Both the position numbers and the translations under genes were made by a program. The notes under the pieces were generated by a model, which saw nothing but the letters and a program-made list of their open reading frames with translations, was not told the DNA's origin and ran no database searches. This document shows positions 37,125 to 46,150 of a stretch of DNA of 64,000 nucleotides, one piece after another. Positions within the stretch are counted from its first letter, which is position 1. Each line of letters opens with the position of its first letter. This stretch comes from a virus (lineage: Duplodnaviria > Caudoviricetes). The stretch is from positions 352,001 through 416,000 of the IMG/VR virus record IMGVR_UViG_3300049988_000286; one strand, given 5' to 3'.

Positions 37125-37130
37125 TAAATA
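37125..37130 (+). promoter_or_regulatory. late promoter TAAATA with SD-containing leader
   Basis: 30 nt to ATG 37161; GAGG SD. Confidence 0.65.
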
Positions 37131-37160
37131 GCAGGTAATCTTTTATCGAGGTCGTTCAAC

Positions 37161-37538
37161 ATGCATCCCATTAACAAGAAGAATTTCGGCGCTGGCAAGA
37201 TCAAGGTCTGGTTCCACAACGGTACCGCTCTGGTCACGGGCTACATCGTGAAGCAGCTTGGCGTGTCGAAGTATGTTGTCACGGATGGCGCTGTCACCAA
37301 GACGCTCACCCTCGCTCCGACTGCGGCGCTGGCCGACATCCTCACCGGTGTTCAGGCGATCGACGCCACCCACACTGTTGCGATGATCGCCGATTATTGC
37401 ACCACCACCGTTACGGTTGGTGCGACCGCCCACTACGCGAAGCGCATCTTGAGCAAGACCGTGATCACCGTTGGTGGCACCACCTTCTCTTGGACGCTCG
37501 GTACGCCCGCTGGTACCGTGTACGCCATCGCGAAGTAA
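37161..37538 (+). CDS. late virion structural protein
   Basis: T/A/G/V-rich, highly biased codons, own promoter and terminator. Confidence 0.8.
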   Translation: MHPINKKNFGAGKIKVWFHNGTALVTGYIVKQLGVSKYVVTDGAVTKTLTLAPTAALADILTGVQAIDATHTVAMIADYCTTTVTVGATAHYAKRILSKTVITVGGTTFSWTLGTPAGTVYAIAK

Positions 37539-37561
37539 GACGACCCGAACGACTTATTGGA

Positions 37562-37591
37562 GGGGTCTGGCCGCAGGGTCAGGCCCCTTTT
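37562..37591 (+). terminator. rho-independent terminator
   Basis: GGGGTCTGGCC-GCAG-GGTCAGGCCCC followed by TTTT. Confidence 0.8.
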
Positions 37592-38089
37592 CTACATGGC
37601 GAGCGTGAAGAGCGTCCGGTCATGTTCGGTCTCGAACATGAGATCGATATCATCTTCTACCATCCAAGATTTATCAGTGGGCCGTTGGTTGATACCCAGT
37701 ATGTCCTCGACACCGGCGGCTTCCATAATATCGATGGTGACCAGAGATGGTACGATCGGGGTGAACGTCGCATCAAACTGGAACGGCGCAGAGTGGAAGT
37801 TGCCGTAACCCAAGGCACGATCCACCTTGAGGGCGTATCCCCGCGTGATCGGGAAGTGCACTGAACCTGTCGCGCAGAACAGCACACGCTCGCAGCTACG
37901 TGTCCCGGTCGTTCGAGCGATCATCAATGCCTCCCAGCAGCGCTCCATTTCTCGCAGCACGTTAGTGGTCACCCAAGGATCAACCTCGACATAGTAGAAG
38001 CGGTTCTCCGCTTTGACGCGCTTGAGCGGCAGCCCCTTCATCGGACCGTCGTGGTGAAGACGCCGCAAGTCATTGATGGAAAACTTCAT
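37592..38089 (-). CDS. paralog family A protein (extended)
   Basis: LMFETEHDRTLFTLAM. Confidence 0.7.
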   Translation of the reverse strand: MKFSINDLRRLHHDGPMKGLPLKRVKAENRFYYVEVDPWVTTNVLREMERCWEALMIARTTGTRSCERVLFCATGSVHFPITRGYALKVDRALGYGNFHSAPFQFDATFTPIVPSLVTIDIMEAAGVEDILGINQRPTDKSWMVEDDIDLMFETEHDRTLFTLAM

Positions 38090-38352
38090 GCGTGAGCCAG
38101 TAGGAACATGGTGAGATCATGTCGAGTAAGGAAATAGACCTCGAATCCGTAGGCCCCCAAGGGATTGCAGAAGTAATTTCTCGTGCAGTTGGTTGCCAAC
38201 CATTCTTCGACGCGAGCGGGATCGGGTCGCACCGAGTCCGACAGGTACGGTAGTTCGGCTACGTTGAGCAACATCGTGGCAAAAATGTTAGTACCACGAA
38301 TCGATTGCCAATCATCATTGGAGAGGCCGAGCCGATGAACGAACCCACTCAT
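38086..38352 (-). CDS. paralog family A protein
   Basis: EWLATNC and VYFLTRHDLTMFLLA motifs. Confidence 0.7.
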   Translation of the reverse strand: MSGFVHRLGLSNDDWQSIRGTNIFATMLLNVAELPYLSDSVRPDPARVEEWLATNCTRNYFCNPLGAYGFEVYFLTRHDLTMFLLAHA

Positions 38353-38693
38353 AGCCGCAGGAACTTGATATCACGGGGATGGATGGCGCGAATCGCCGAC
38401 ATCTCTTGGTTGAAGTCCTTCACTGACGTGAACGCTCCATTATCGAGGCTGGGATCGGCCTCGAAGATGATGTACCGAAGAACACCTTGCTGGTCGCAGT
38501 GCTCGAAATACACGCTACCCGTCTTGGCATCGATCACGACGGGGCTGTAGACTTCGTTGTCGATGTCGAAAAGGAGGTAACCCTCCTGCTGCATGGCGAT
38601 CATCCGATGCGCGACGCGGTGTGCGTTGCGGAGCCGCGCCTGATAGAGGCGCTCGCCTACATGGGGCATTTTCTCACCTTTGGGCATTATCAT
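38349..38693 (-). CDS. hypothetical protein
   Basis: ATGA overlaps on both sides. Confidence 0.7.
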   Translation of the reverse strand: MIMPKGEKMPHVGERLYQARLRNAHRVAHRMIAMQQEGYLLFDIDNEVYSPVVIDAKTGSVYFEHCDQQGVLRYIIFEADPSLDNGAFTSVKDFNQEMSAIRAIHPRDIKFLRL

Positions 38694-38899
38694 CGTCCCG
38701 CAAAAATAAGGAAGAATTCGAGCGAGGATTGCTCATCCGGAAAGCCGTAGCGCCCGCCTTTGAACGCACAATTCAGCATGGTGGGATCACCGAAATACAG
38801 CCCAAGTTCAGCGACGTTGCGCGCCATCTCCGAGAAGGAGAGGCAGACGATCCACTCGCCGGGTGGATCATCCACCTCACCACCGGGGCGGCGTGTCAC
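38690..38899 (-). CDS. paralog family A protein
   Basis: YGFPDEQSSLEFFLIF. Confidence 0.6.
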   Translation of the reverse strand: MTRRPGGEVDDPPGEWIVCLSFSEMARNVAELGLYFGDPTMLNCAFKGGRYGFPDEQSSLEFFLIFAGR

Positions 38900-39384
38900 G
38901 CGTAATAGCGCCGCGTCTCGAAACCTTCGGCTTCCATCATCCAGTGCCGCGCGGCGGTATCGAGCAACTGATGTGCGCGTTTGCCACCCTCGATATCGCC
39001 CTTGAGGAAGAGAACGGCGATCTTATGATGATCCACCGCATCCTCCTTATAGGTTCGGCTCAACTCCCCCTCCCCCTCATCGGCGCATTGGCTGCTCTCT
39101 TCGAGGAGGGTGTCGCGCGCCTTCTCGGCAAATCGCGCAAGTTCTTCGGCCGTATAGGGGATGGGCGGCGCACGCTGCACGTCGAACGCCCACGTGAAGA
39201 AGCGCTCGAACTTGTCGAGATCGGTGCCGCCGGTGGAGACGGTCCTGTCCTCGTTGATCTTGCGCGCCAGTACCGTCGTGAACACCGACATGAAGGCGGC
39301 GGGATGCGGGGCGTTGTCGCCTTGGAGCACCGCGAGCATTTCGAGCGCATTGTCACGCTCCAAGATTTCCTTCTCGTCTCGCAT
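38896..39384 (-). CDS. hypothetical protein
   Basis: GGAG SD; promoter at about 39405-39432. Confidence 0.75.
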   Translation of the reverse strand: MRDEKEILERDNALEMLAVLQGDNAPHPAAFMSVFTTVLARKINEDRTVSTGGTDLDKFERFFTWAFDVQRAPPIPYTAEELARFAEKARDTLLEESSQCADEGEGELSRTYKEDAVDHHKIAVLFLKGDIEGGKRAHQLLDTAARHWMMEAEGFETRRYYA

Positions 39385-39432
39385 CGCTAATCTCCTCCGC
39401 GCCTCAATAGCACAGTTCGATCACCGATCAAG

Positions 39433-39438
39433 TAAATA
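39433..39438 (+). promoter_or_regulatory. late promoter TAAATA
   Basis: 4 nt to ATG 39443. Confidence 0.75.
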
Positions 39439-39442
39439 TCGA

Positions 39443-39691
39443 ATGCGAGACTTCATCGACATCATCGAGAACATGGCGCAGAGCGAGCGTGGTCCCTACT
39501 TCGACCGCGTATGGTCCGCGTATGAGAAAGTGCGCGACCGCTCGCAACCTGATGCGGTGGCGCTCCTAGACCCCAAGACGATCGAGCACGTTCGCCGTCG
39601 CCATCACATCAGCTCGAACCAGCGTCAGCGCGCCCGTTTGAAGACCGATACCGATACGGATAATTCGGTCTTCGATGGCGGACAGGATTAG
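39443..39691 (+). CDS. late gene with internal-protein-like N-terminus
   Basis: MRDFIDIIEN start. Confidence 0.75.
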   Translation: MRDFIDIIENMAQSERGPYFDRVWSAYEKVRDRSQPDAVALLDPKTIEHVRRRHHISSNQRQRARLKTDTDTDNSVFDGGQD

Positions 39692-39957
39692 AGCCAGACC
39701 TTCCGCCCCCGGCAATCCGCGCTATGCTCCACCGCTGCGATCTTGAACAAGGCGGCGTTGCCGTCGTCGCGGAAGTATAACAAGGCGGCGTTATTACGAT
39801 CAACGACGTGCCTCATATACTGGTCTTCGGGCACGTTCTCTTCACACCATGCCAATACAGCCTCGATCTTCTCCGCGATATTGTCTGGATAGCGGAGCCG
39901 GTGGAAGACGAATTTGGTCCACTCCTCGCCGGTGAGGAGTTCCCGTCGATACCTCAC
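39688..39957 (-). CDS. paralog family A protein
   Basis: AWCEENV and LYFRDDGNAALFKI motifs. Confidence 0.7.
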   Translation of the reverse strand: MRYRRELLTGEEWTKFVFHRLRYPDNIAEKIEAVLAWCEENVPEDQYMRHVVDRNNAALLYFRDDGNAALFKIAAVEHSADCRGRKVWL

Positions 39958-40532
39958 GTCAGGGTCCGCAAACCCGTGACATCCTCGTCGAGATCGATCT
40001 CGTGAACGGGACCAAGACCAAGACAGGTGATCGTCGGCTTCGGGCTGCCGTCATCGTTCTTGAAGACCGTCAGACCCGCGTCCTTGACCAACGAGACGCC
40101 GCAACGCTCGCGATACTTGGCTTCCAAGGCGATCAACTCCGCCTCCGTGGGGACCACCAGCGTGATCTTGAAGGCGCGCTGACTACCCCGATACGAGGCT
40201 GCCACGAGGGGGAAACGCAGAAGGCTGTCCCAATACGCATGGACGTACCCGTGCCCCCCTTGCGTGATCATCTTGCCCCGCACCCCCTTCATCTGGTCCA
40301 AGGCTTCTTTGGAAAAGATGCAATATTGCTTCAGTTTGACGCCCCGATAGCGAGCCATCCACGCCCGTTGCAGCCGCCAGCGATCCATTCCATAGTAGAG
40401 GACGCCCCCTACGGCGAGCAGAATACCACCGAGATGGGAGAAATTGTCCCCGACGAGCGCGCCGGTGATGACGAGGCCAAGTAGCCACACCTGACCGCGC
40501 TTGCGCTGTTCCTGAAATTCACCTGCCATCAT
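39954..40532 (-). CDS. peptidyl-tRNA hydrolase type 2 with an N-terminal membrane segment
   Basis: GKMITQGGHG, FKITL, DAGLT and TCLGLGP Pth2 motifs. Confidence 0.8.
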   Translation of the reverse strand: MMAGEFQEQRKRGQVWLLGLVITGALVGDNFSHLGGILLAVGGVLYYGMDRWRLQRAWMARYRGVKLKQYCIFSKEALDQMKGVRGKMITQGGHGYVHAYWDSLLRFPLVAASYRGSQRAFKITLVVPTEAELIALEAKYRERCGVSLVKDAGLTVFKNDDGSPKPTITCLGLGPVHEIDLDEDVTGLRTLT

Positions 40533-40536
40533 CGCC

Positions 40537-41019
40537 CTACCTTGTGAAATTTAGATCAAAGAGCACCCGGTCGCCATCATCGGCGAAGGAGAACATCTCC
40601 GCGACGATCCACCTACCCGATATCTGCTCGCAGCACCACCAATAAGCGTCGATGCAACGCTGATCGAAATAGTGGATAAAGTCGCTCGTGAACCAAGTGC
40701 CGGTCTTGAGATGCGAGTCGAAGTGCTCGGGATCGTAGAGGCCCATGCGGTCCAGCAGTGCACGGCTTGAACGATCTTGCTGCGCCTCGCTGAACCCGCG
40801 CCGCCATTCTTCATTATTGAGTCGCGTCGCCGCGCAGTAGCGGACCCAATCAGGGTCGGTGATACGTCCCGGCTGTTGCACATAGGGTCCGCCGGGATTG
40901 TAGTCCTTGGTCCATTTCTCGCCAGTCTTGTAGCCCTGCTCCCAGCTTTGCCGAGCCGTCACCTTGTAGCGACGGAACGGCGCATCCCGCGAGATCATGT
41001 TGGGCGACTTCAATGGCAT
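40537..41019 (-). CDS. paralog family A protein (extended)
   Basis: WCCEQISGRW and FSFADDGDRVLFDLNF motifs. Confidence 0.7.
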   Translation of the reverse strand: MPLKSPNMISRDAPFRRYKVTARQSWEQGYKTGEKWTKDYNPGGPYVQQPGRITDPDWVRYCAATRLNNEEWRRGFSEAQQDRSSRALLDRMGLYDPEHFDSHLKTGTWFTSDFIHYFDQRCIDAYWWCCEQISGRWIVAEMFSFADDGDRVLFDLNFTR

Positions 41020-41054
41020 TCGGGGGAGGTATCATCGATAGTTCGATGAGTCAA

Positions 41055-41149
41055 TGGTACGCCCGGAGGGATTCGAACCCCCAACCGTTCCGCGATCTGC
41101 GGATCATGAGGTATAAGCTCACCGCTCTAACCAATTGAGCTACGGGCGC
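41055..41149 (-). tRNA. tRNA-Ile(UAU) with a long variable region (95 nt)
   Basis: GCGCCCG/CGGGCGT acceptor, canonical D-arm, GTGAG-CTTATAC-CTCAT anticodon arm, 23-nt variable region, TTCGAAT T-loop, CCA. Confidence 0.85.
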
Positions 41150-41206
41150 ACGAGAGCCTTGTGGCTCGATCGTCGTCGTAGCTTCATATCAACTGGTGCA
41201 TGTCTC

Positions 41207-41212
41207 TATTTA
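41207..41212 (-). promoter_or_regulatory. late promoter TAAATA upstream of tRNA-Ile(UAU)
   Basis: Overlaps the upstream stop codon; 57 nt before the tRNA 5' end. Confidence 0.6.
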
Positions 41213-41572
41213 GCGCAACGCCGCGTGGCGCGCAATAAGGATCGAGGGTAACCCCCGGCCGCGCTGCTGGCATGACCAATCCCCATACCCATCATAAGTG
41301 AGCGCGGGTTCGAGAAGTTGCAGCAAGGGTACATCGCTCTCGTCAGCGACGAACGCGAGGAAATGATTGTGCTCGACGCCGTAGCGGAACATCGCCTCTT
41401 CGCTATTCAGCCGAAGCCAAGTATCTACCTTCTCGGCCATCAGGTAGAAGGGCGGCATATCGGCGACGCTCACCGTCTTCTTTTCGTTCCAGCCCCGAAT
41501 GTAGTAGGACAAACGATGCCAACTCCGGTTGATCAACCGAGTATAGGAAAAGCGTGTCGTATCTCGGTTCAT
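41210..41572 (-). CDS. paralog family A-like protein
   Basis: DTWLRLN and AFVADESDVPLL motifs; ATGA overlap. Confidence 0.65.
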   Translation of the reverse strand: MNRDTTRFSYTRLINRSWHRLSYYIRGWNEKKTVSVADMPPFYLMAEKVDTWLRLNSEEAMFRYGVEHNHFLAFVADESDVPLLQLLEPALTYDGYGDWSCQQRGRGLPSILIARHAALR

Positions 41573-41781
41573 GCAAAACGCATGTAGCACAGACGAGCGT
41601 CATCTTCACGCAGGAATTTGGCATCATGAGCACCGACCATGAAGTCCGTGCCATAACTCCCCTCTACGTTGTCGCGCATCCAATATTCGATCGTGCGAGC
41701 AAATGCTGGATCATCGATTAACATCTCGGTGAAGATCACTCGCCATTCAGTCCAAAACTGCCCGACAGCGATTGCCCTCAT
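41569..41781 (-). CDS. paralog family A protein
   Basis: WMRDNVEG and FLREDDARLCYMRFA motifs. Confidence 0.7.
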   Translation of the reverse strand: MRAIAVGQFWTEWRVIFTEMLIDDPAFARTIEYWMRDNVEGSYGTDFMVGAHDAKFLREDDARLCYMRFA

Positions 41782-41963
41782 GAAGCCAAGATGCACAGTT
41801 GAGCATCCCCCTCCTGTGAGAAGTGAACAAACCTCGCACCGTTGGATGTTGACCGCAAGTCGATATCGGCACCGTTAGCCTCTGACCAACAACGCACCCA
41901 ATCCTCCTCATACCCTGATCGTAATCGCAGATAAGTGCGGCCTTTTCTCTTCTCTATCTTCAT
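41778..41963 (-). CDS. paralog family A protein
   Basis: VHFSQEGDAQLCILA. Confidence 0.7.
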   Translation of the reverse strand: MKIEKRKGRTYLRLRSGYEEDWVRCWSEANGADIDLRSTSNGARFVHFSQEGDAQLCILAS

Positions 41964-42166
41964 CTGTGAGCCATATAGCAGAGGTCGGCGTCGATACGGT
42001 CTTGAAAGACGATCATATCCTGTGTGCGGATGATCCGCCAGCCTGATTGACAATTTTCCGCCAGCCACTGGGTAAGGACGCGACGATCTCGCGAATAGAG
42101 GATGAAGGAAGCATCGAAAGTCAATTGCCATCCATCCACCCCCGCTTCCATTGCGGAGACCTTCAT
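41960..42166 (-). CDS. paralog family A protein
   Basis: WLAENCQSGW and IVFQDRIDADLCYMAHR motifs. Confidence 0.7.
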   Translation of the reverse strand: MKVSAMEAGVDGWQLTFDASFILYSRDRRVLTQWLAENCQSGWRIIRTQDMIVFQDRIDADLCYMAHR

Positions 42167-42393
42167 CGATGCGCCATGTAGGCGAGCAGCGCATCGCCTT
42201 CTTGCTCGAACATCACAACAGTGAAACGGAGCAATCGCTCTTCCACGAACCCTCCTGCCATGTTGGCGTGCAGCCACTCCGAGAATGCTCGACTAGCCCT
42301 CGTGGGCCATCCACCTTCTATCGGTGTCACGAAGCTGACACGCCAGCGGTATCGATCGAGGAATTGACCTTCGTCAATCCGCCGTGCCTTCAA
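42163..42393 (-). CDS. paralog family A protein
   Basis: EWLHANMAG and MFEQEGDALLAYMAHR motifs. Confidence 0.7.
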   Translation of the reverse strand: MKARRIDEGQFLDRYRWRVSFVTPIEGGWPTRASRAFSEWLHANMAGGFVEERLLRFTVVMFEQEGDALLAYMAHR

Positions 42394-42541
42394 CCGCGAT
42401 CGGTATCAAGTCCGCCTCCGAGCGCGAGCACGAACAGGGCGGGGACGATGAGCGCCATCGAGAGCGCCAATTTAATTCTCTCCATACGATCCTCCACGAA
42501 TATGAGGTATCGTAGCCGTGCCGATCGTCTTTGTGCAATAT

Positions 42542-42829
42542 CTATGAGAAGGCTAGATAGCAGAGTTCCGCATCGACGGGATCGGCGAAGCAAAGTAGAT
42601 TATGCGATCTGCCGTGTTGCCGCCAAAGCCCCGAATTGCTCGCACACCACTCGTGCACGCGCGTCGGCATACCGTCAAAGAGCACCTGTGTCCAAACCGT
42701 ATGCCCGGCGTGGACGCGTTGCGGTATGACTGCCAAGGCCTTGTATGTTCTTGGCTGGAGGAGGTCGATAGGACGCCACCCCCTCATTGCCGCTTTCGAT
42801 AGCCACGGCAACGGCATCAACTTCGTCAC
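42542..42829 (-). CDS. paralog family A protein
   Basis: EWCASNSGLW and CFADPVDAELCYLAF motifs. Confidence 0.7.
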   Translation of the reverse strand: MTKLMPLPWLSKAAMRGWRPIDLLQPRTYKALAVIPQRVHAGHTVWTQVLFDGMPTRVHEWCASNSGLWRQHGRSHNLLCFADPVDAELCYLAFS

Positions 42830-43032
42830 GAAACCGAAACCGTCTCCATGAAGACACGGAGCGCCGCATCGTAACTGTCCGCGTCCATCACGGCGAGACG
42901 CATCTCGGTGATGTCCTGCTGGCTCACCCCACCGCGCCTCATCGCTTCCGCGACCCTCCCCATCAGCGCGCCGGTGTTGCCGCTCGTGCCGGAGAGTTGC
43001 ACCTCAATGTCAGGGAAGCGGGGTTCCTTCAT
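42826..43032 (-). CDS. conserved small phage protein
   Basis: VQLSGTSGNTGALMGRV...SYDAALRVFMETVSV. Confidence 0.7.
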   Translation of the reverse strand: MKEPRFPDIEVQLSGTSGNTGALMGRVAEAMRRGGVSQQDITEMRLAVMDADSYDAALRVFMETVSVS

Positions 43033-43385
43033 AGTCTCCACTCTCGCTCAAAAGCCTTGTTCTTGATCTGGTTGCGCCGATTCCCGGATCGCGTCAATGC
43101 TATTCCAAGCAACCCGGCGAGCAATCCCACAACGCCGATAATGTAGATGCGATCATGATGCACCCCGTAGCGATAGGCCGCGTATGCCATCATCGCGGCT
43201 GCCCCGAAGCCATAGAGCATCAGGACAAAGCCTAGCATCGTCAGGGGATGAGCGCCCGTGTTGCGCCGACGAGCAACATCATAGACGCTCTTCGCCTCCC
43301 AACCGCGCTGGAAGCTCTGCTGATCAACGGTAGCGTCGTTGAGACGCTCGTAGGCGCGCTGCAAGGCTTGCTGTTCGATGCTCAT
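43029..43385 (-). CDS. membrane protein
   Basis: Two C-terminal TM helices; start MSIEQQ. Confidence 0.65.
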   Translation of the reverse strand: MSIEQQALQRAYERLNDATVDQQSFQRGWEAKSVYDVARRRNTGAHPLTMLGFVLMLYGFGAAAMMAYAAYRYGVHHDRIYIIGVVGLLAGLLGIALTRSGNRRNQIKNKAFEREWRL

Positions 43386-43389
43386 GTGA

Positions 43390-43917
43390 TCACCCCACCG
43401 CGAATTGAAGTTCATCGTGAAGGCCGTCCTGTAGCTGCCGTGTCGATATCGTTCCTTCAGCCCACGGCTGAATCGATCCCGTCCATAGCGGCTGTTGCTG
43501 TACGTAGACACGATGATCGTACGTCAATTGTGTGAGCAATATTTTAAGCGTATCCCGATTTGTAATGCTGACAAACTCAACACGGTTCGACTCACCGTTA
43601 GAGACTAGGGACCATATCGAAAATGCTTTGATTGCGTCCTTGTGCCAGAATGGGAACCGCAGGGTCGCTACCAGCTTGAACGGTGGCTTCTTTGGTTTCT
43701 CTGGCTTCCGCCGCGATTGCGCGTCTCGTTGCAGCCGATCGTTCTTCAACTTATAGCGGCGCGCGATCTGGAGCAGCACCTCGCGCTCGTACTTTACCGT
43801 GGGATCAGGGAAGAGACGGTTGAGCACCCAGTCTGCGATACGGTCCCAGCGCGTCAACTGCACTGCGATCTCCTCGCCCGCCTCTGGTGCTGAACCGAAT
43901 TTTCCAAACGACATCAT
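43390..43917 (-). CDS. hypothetical protein
   Basis: AGGAG SD before MMSFGKFG. Confidence 0.65.
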   Translation of the reverse strand: MMSFGKFGSAPEAGEEIAVQLTRWDRIADWVLNRLFPDPTVKYEREVLLQIARRYKLKNDRLQRDAQSRRKPEKPKKPPFKLVATLRFPFWHKDAIKAFSIWSLVSNGESNRVEFVSITNRDTLKILLTQLTYDHRVYVQQQPLWTGSIQPWAEGTISTRQLQDGLHDELQFAVG

Positions 43918-43966
43918 GCCTGATCTCCTATCACGCCAGTGCCATAGTTCGCTATAAGCTGCAAGG

Positions 43967-44293
43967 CTATAACCAACCCACGCTCTGTTTCCAGAAGTAC
44001 CCCCACCCCTTCGTGAGACCGCCATGCTGGATGGCTGCGAGAACGAAGTCGCTTTCGCGCATCAACAACGCGTGCCTGATCTCGCGACCACGTAGTTGCG
44101 ATGCTGCCAAGGATTCGCAGATCGCGAGCATCGATCTGGAACCTCGACGCTCCACCACGGCGAGTTCACACGAGGCTGTCATATCGAGTTCACAACGCAC
44201 GACAGGTATGCGTTGATCTCTAGTCCAAAGGAGGAATTCACGACAATGGCGAAAATCGCGATGCAGGGCAGTGACCCCAATGGAGCCCCTCAT
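43967..44293 (-). CDS. paralog family B protein
   Basis: WTRDQRIPV and LLMRESDFVL motifs. Confidence 0.65.
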   Translation of the reverse strand: MRGSIGVTALHRDFRHCREFLLWTRDQRIPVVRCELDMTASCELAVVERRGSRSMLAICESLAASQLRGREIRHALLMRESDFVLAAIQHGGLTKGWGYFWKQSVGWL

Positions 44294-44463
44294 CGATCCG
44301 CTGTTGCTGATAGCTCAATTTGGCGGCGACCTTCCTTAATCTCCCGCGCCACCATTTCGGCGAATAGTTGTTTCAGGTGAATGCCACGGAAACGGGCGAT
44401 CTCCCGCAAGGCACGATTGTCGTCGCCGGAGACATAGAACTGCTTGGAGACGATCTCGCTCAT
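44290..44463 (-). CDS. 57-aa ribbon-helix-helix-like protein (not in the supplied ORF track)
   Basis: MSEIVSKQFYVSGDDNRALREIARFRGIHLKQLFAEMVAREI; ATGA overlaps at both ends. Confidence 0.6.
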   Translation of the reverse strand: MSEIVSKQFYVSGDDNRALREIARFRGIHLKQLFAEMVAREIKEGRRQIELSATADR

Positions 44464-44957
44464 CGGGGCATCTCCGCAAATACCCGGTCACATGCCCGCA
44501 ACAGCGCGTTGACGCGGCGGAACGGCACATCGGGGTTGATGATGTCGGCACAGGGACTTGGACGATACGCCGCCATCGAGGCGCGGCTGATCTCCTCGTT
44601 ACAGAGGCGTCGAAGACCATCAACGGCGTCGCGCAGCCCGGTTTGCTCCGACCGGTTGATCTCCTCGATCTTCTTCGCAATTCCCCGCATGAGGATCATG
44701 CAATCCATTGCGGGATCAAGGGCTCCGATCTCTACGTTGTGCTCACCCTCTTTGGTGATGCTCGTCATCACTCGCGCGAGGATCGCTGTGACCTCATGCG
44801 CGGGCGTCCCCACTGGTGTTATGCAGAGCGATCGGTCTTCGCTGCTCCGCGTCAGCGCCTCTGCGCTTTCGGCCTCTACCTCCTGATCGGCGATAACGCC
44901 ATAGTGGTTCGCAGTGATGTGCCGCAGCCGCATGATCTTCTCCTCGCGCCCGTCCAT
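44460..44957 (-). CDS. hypothetical protein
   Basis: Start uncertain within a longer ORF. Confidence 0.5.
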   Translation of the reverse strand: MDGREEKIMRLRHITANHYGVIADQEVEAESAEALTRSSEDRSLCITPVGTPAHEVTAILARVMTSITKEGEHNVEIGALDPAMDCMILMRGIAKKIEEINRSEQTGLRDAVDGLRRLCNEEISRASMAAYRPSPCADIINPDVPFRRVNALLRACDRVFAEMPR

Positions 44958-45282
44958 GAAGGCAAAGCGGATTTTGGTCAACCCGCGCTTGACTCCATAG
45001 TCAATCGGCGGTAGCTCTACTGTATTCCGCCACCGAGCCGTTCCCGCGATGGGGAGTCTCCGGCAACGAAGCGGATACAAGATAGATGAGACAGGGGGAG
45101 AGACACCCTGACGCCAAGAAGACTTGGAGTGTTTCATCAGGGCTTTGCGGGGTATGCAGAACCCCGGCGGCATTCTAAAGCCGTGCGCAAGCCATTGGGG
45201 TTGGATTCCCCGGCCTGTGTTCTTGGGTACCACAGTGGGGTGGCGAATAGAGGCATGACCTCAACCTCGCCGCCCCACAGTA

Positions 45283-45495
45283 TTAACCCGCGTGAGCAAG
45301 ATAGCAGAGTTGCGCATCCTCGACGCTGGTAAAATAGATATAGCGGGTGAAGCTATAAATCGGCGCGAGCGAGTGATCGTGCGCCCACGCGAGCACTGCC
45401 TCGAAGTTATCCGCAACCGTTACATGAGCTTTGACGGCTACCCGGCCATGACCGATCGTGTTTAACTCACGTTCTTCGATGTAGAGGCGTGTCAT
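45283..45495 (-). CDS. paralog family A protein
   Basis: IYFTSVEDAQLCYLAH. Confidence 0.7.
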   Translation of the reverse strand: MTRLYIEERELNTIGHGRVAVKAHVTVADNFEAVLAWAHDHSLAPIYSFTRYIYFTSVEDAQLCYLAHAG

Positions 45496-45515
45496 AGAAT
45501 AAGGACGAGGCCTAT

Positions 45516-45544
45516 AAAAGAGGCCCGGAATTGCTTCCGGGCCT
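45516..45544 (-). terminator. rho-independent terminator
   Basis: AGGCCCGGAA-GCAA-TTCCGGGCCT followed by CTTTT. Confidence 0.8.
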
Positions 45545-45550
45545 AGCTGG

Positions 45551-45670
45551 TTATTCGGCGGGCCGGGGCTGCGGGGCGATCCTCGACGCCTCGGTGACGG
45601 GCAGACCCGCCTCCGTGGGGACGTAGATCAGCGTCGCCTTGCTGTTCTCGATCGCCTGAATCTCGCTCCA
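45551..45670 (-). pseudogene. C-terminal remnant of an SPFH/membrane-protease-subunit-like gene
   Basis: Start-less 39-codon frame ...AIENSKATLIYVPTEAGLPVTEASR behind an in-frame TAG. Confidence 0.45.
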
Positions 45671-45741
45671 CTAGCCCTCGTCTCTTTGGATATCGACCAT
45701 GAACCAGTTGATCTCCAAACAATCACCGCACAGACGATCGC

Positions 45742-46107
45742 TTAATCGTCCATCAGCGACATGCCAAGTCCGAGTAGCCCCACCGTCGTCGCGGTCCCGA
45801 GGACCGTTCCCGCCGCACCGGCGAAGAGATCATCGGTGGTGCCCCGTGATGGCTGCTGCATGATCTGGATGGCAGCCAACACCGCGTAGGGATTGTGGGG
45901 CGCGGGTTCACCACGCTGGGCTCGCTTCTCCTCCTCGATGAGCCGCCGCCCCCATGCGATGAGCTTCTCGTTCTGGATGCGGCGTTCCTCGTCGGTCATC
46001 GGCACCGGTTCGGGTCGGGGTTCGACTTTCGGCGAACGCAGACCGAAGTAGAGCATGACGCCAACGCAACCGAGAAACGCGAGTGTGAACCAGTGTAGAA
46101 GGGACAT
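45742..46107 (-). CDS. membrane-anchored hypothetical protein
   Basis: AGGAG SD; N-terminal TM helix. Confidence 0.7.
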   Translation of the reverse strand: MSLLHWFTLAFLGCVGVMLYFGLRSPKVEPRPEPVPMTDEERRIQNEKLIAWGRRLIEEEKRAQRGEPAPHNPYAVLAAIQIMQQPSRGTTDDLFAGAAGTVLGTATTVGLLGLGMSLMDD

Positions 46108-46150
46108 AATCTTCTCCTTTACGTCCCTTTACACCATCGTTATAGTTCGG

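Noticed and set aside
41083-41105. Extra segment of tRNA-Ile(UAU) as an intron
   Set aside because: It lies in the variable region rather than the anticodon loop, is far too short for a group I intron and has no bulge-helix-bulge.
45551-45712. Amber read-through or an alternative genetic code at the in-frame TAG (45671-45673)
   Set aside because: Many intact genes end in TAG and no CUA-anticodon tRNA is present in the window. A deletion remnant is the simpler explanation.
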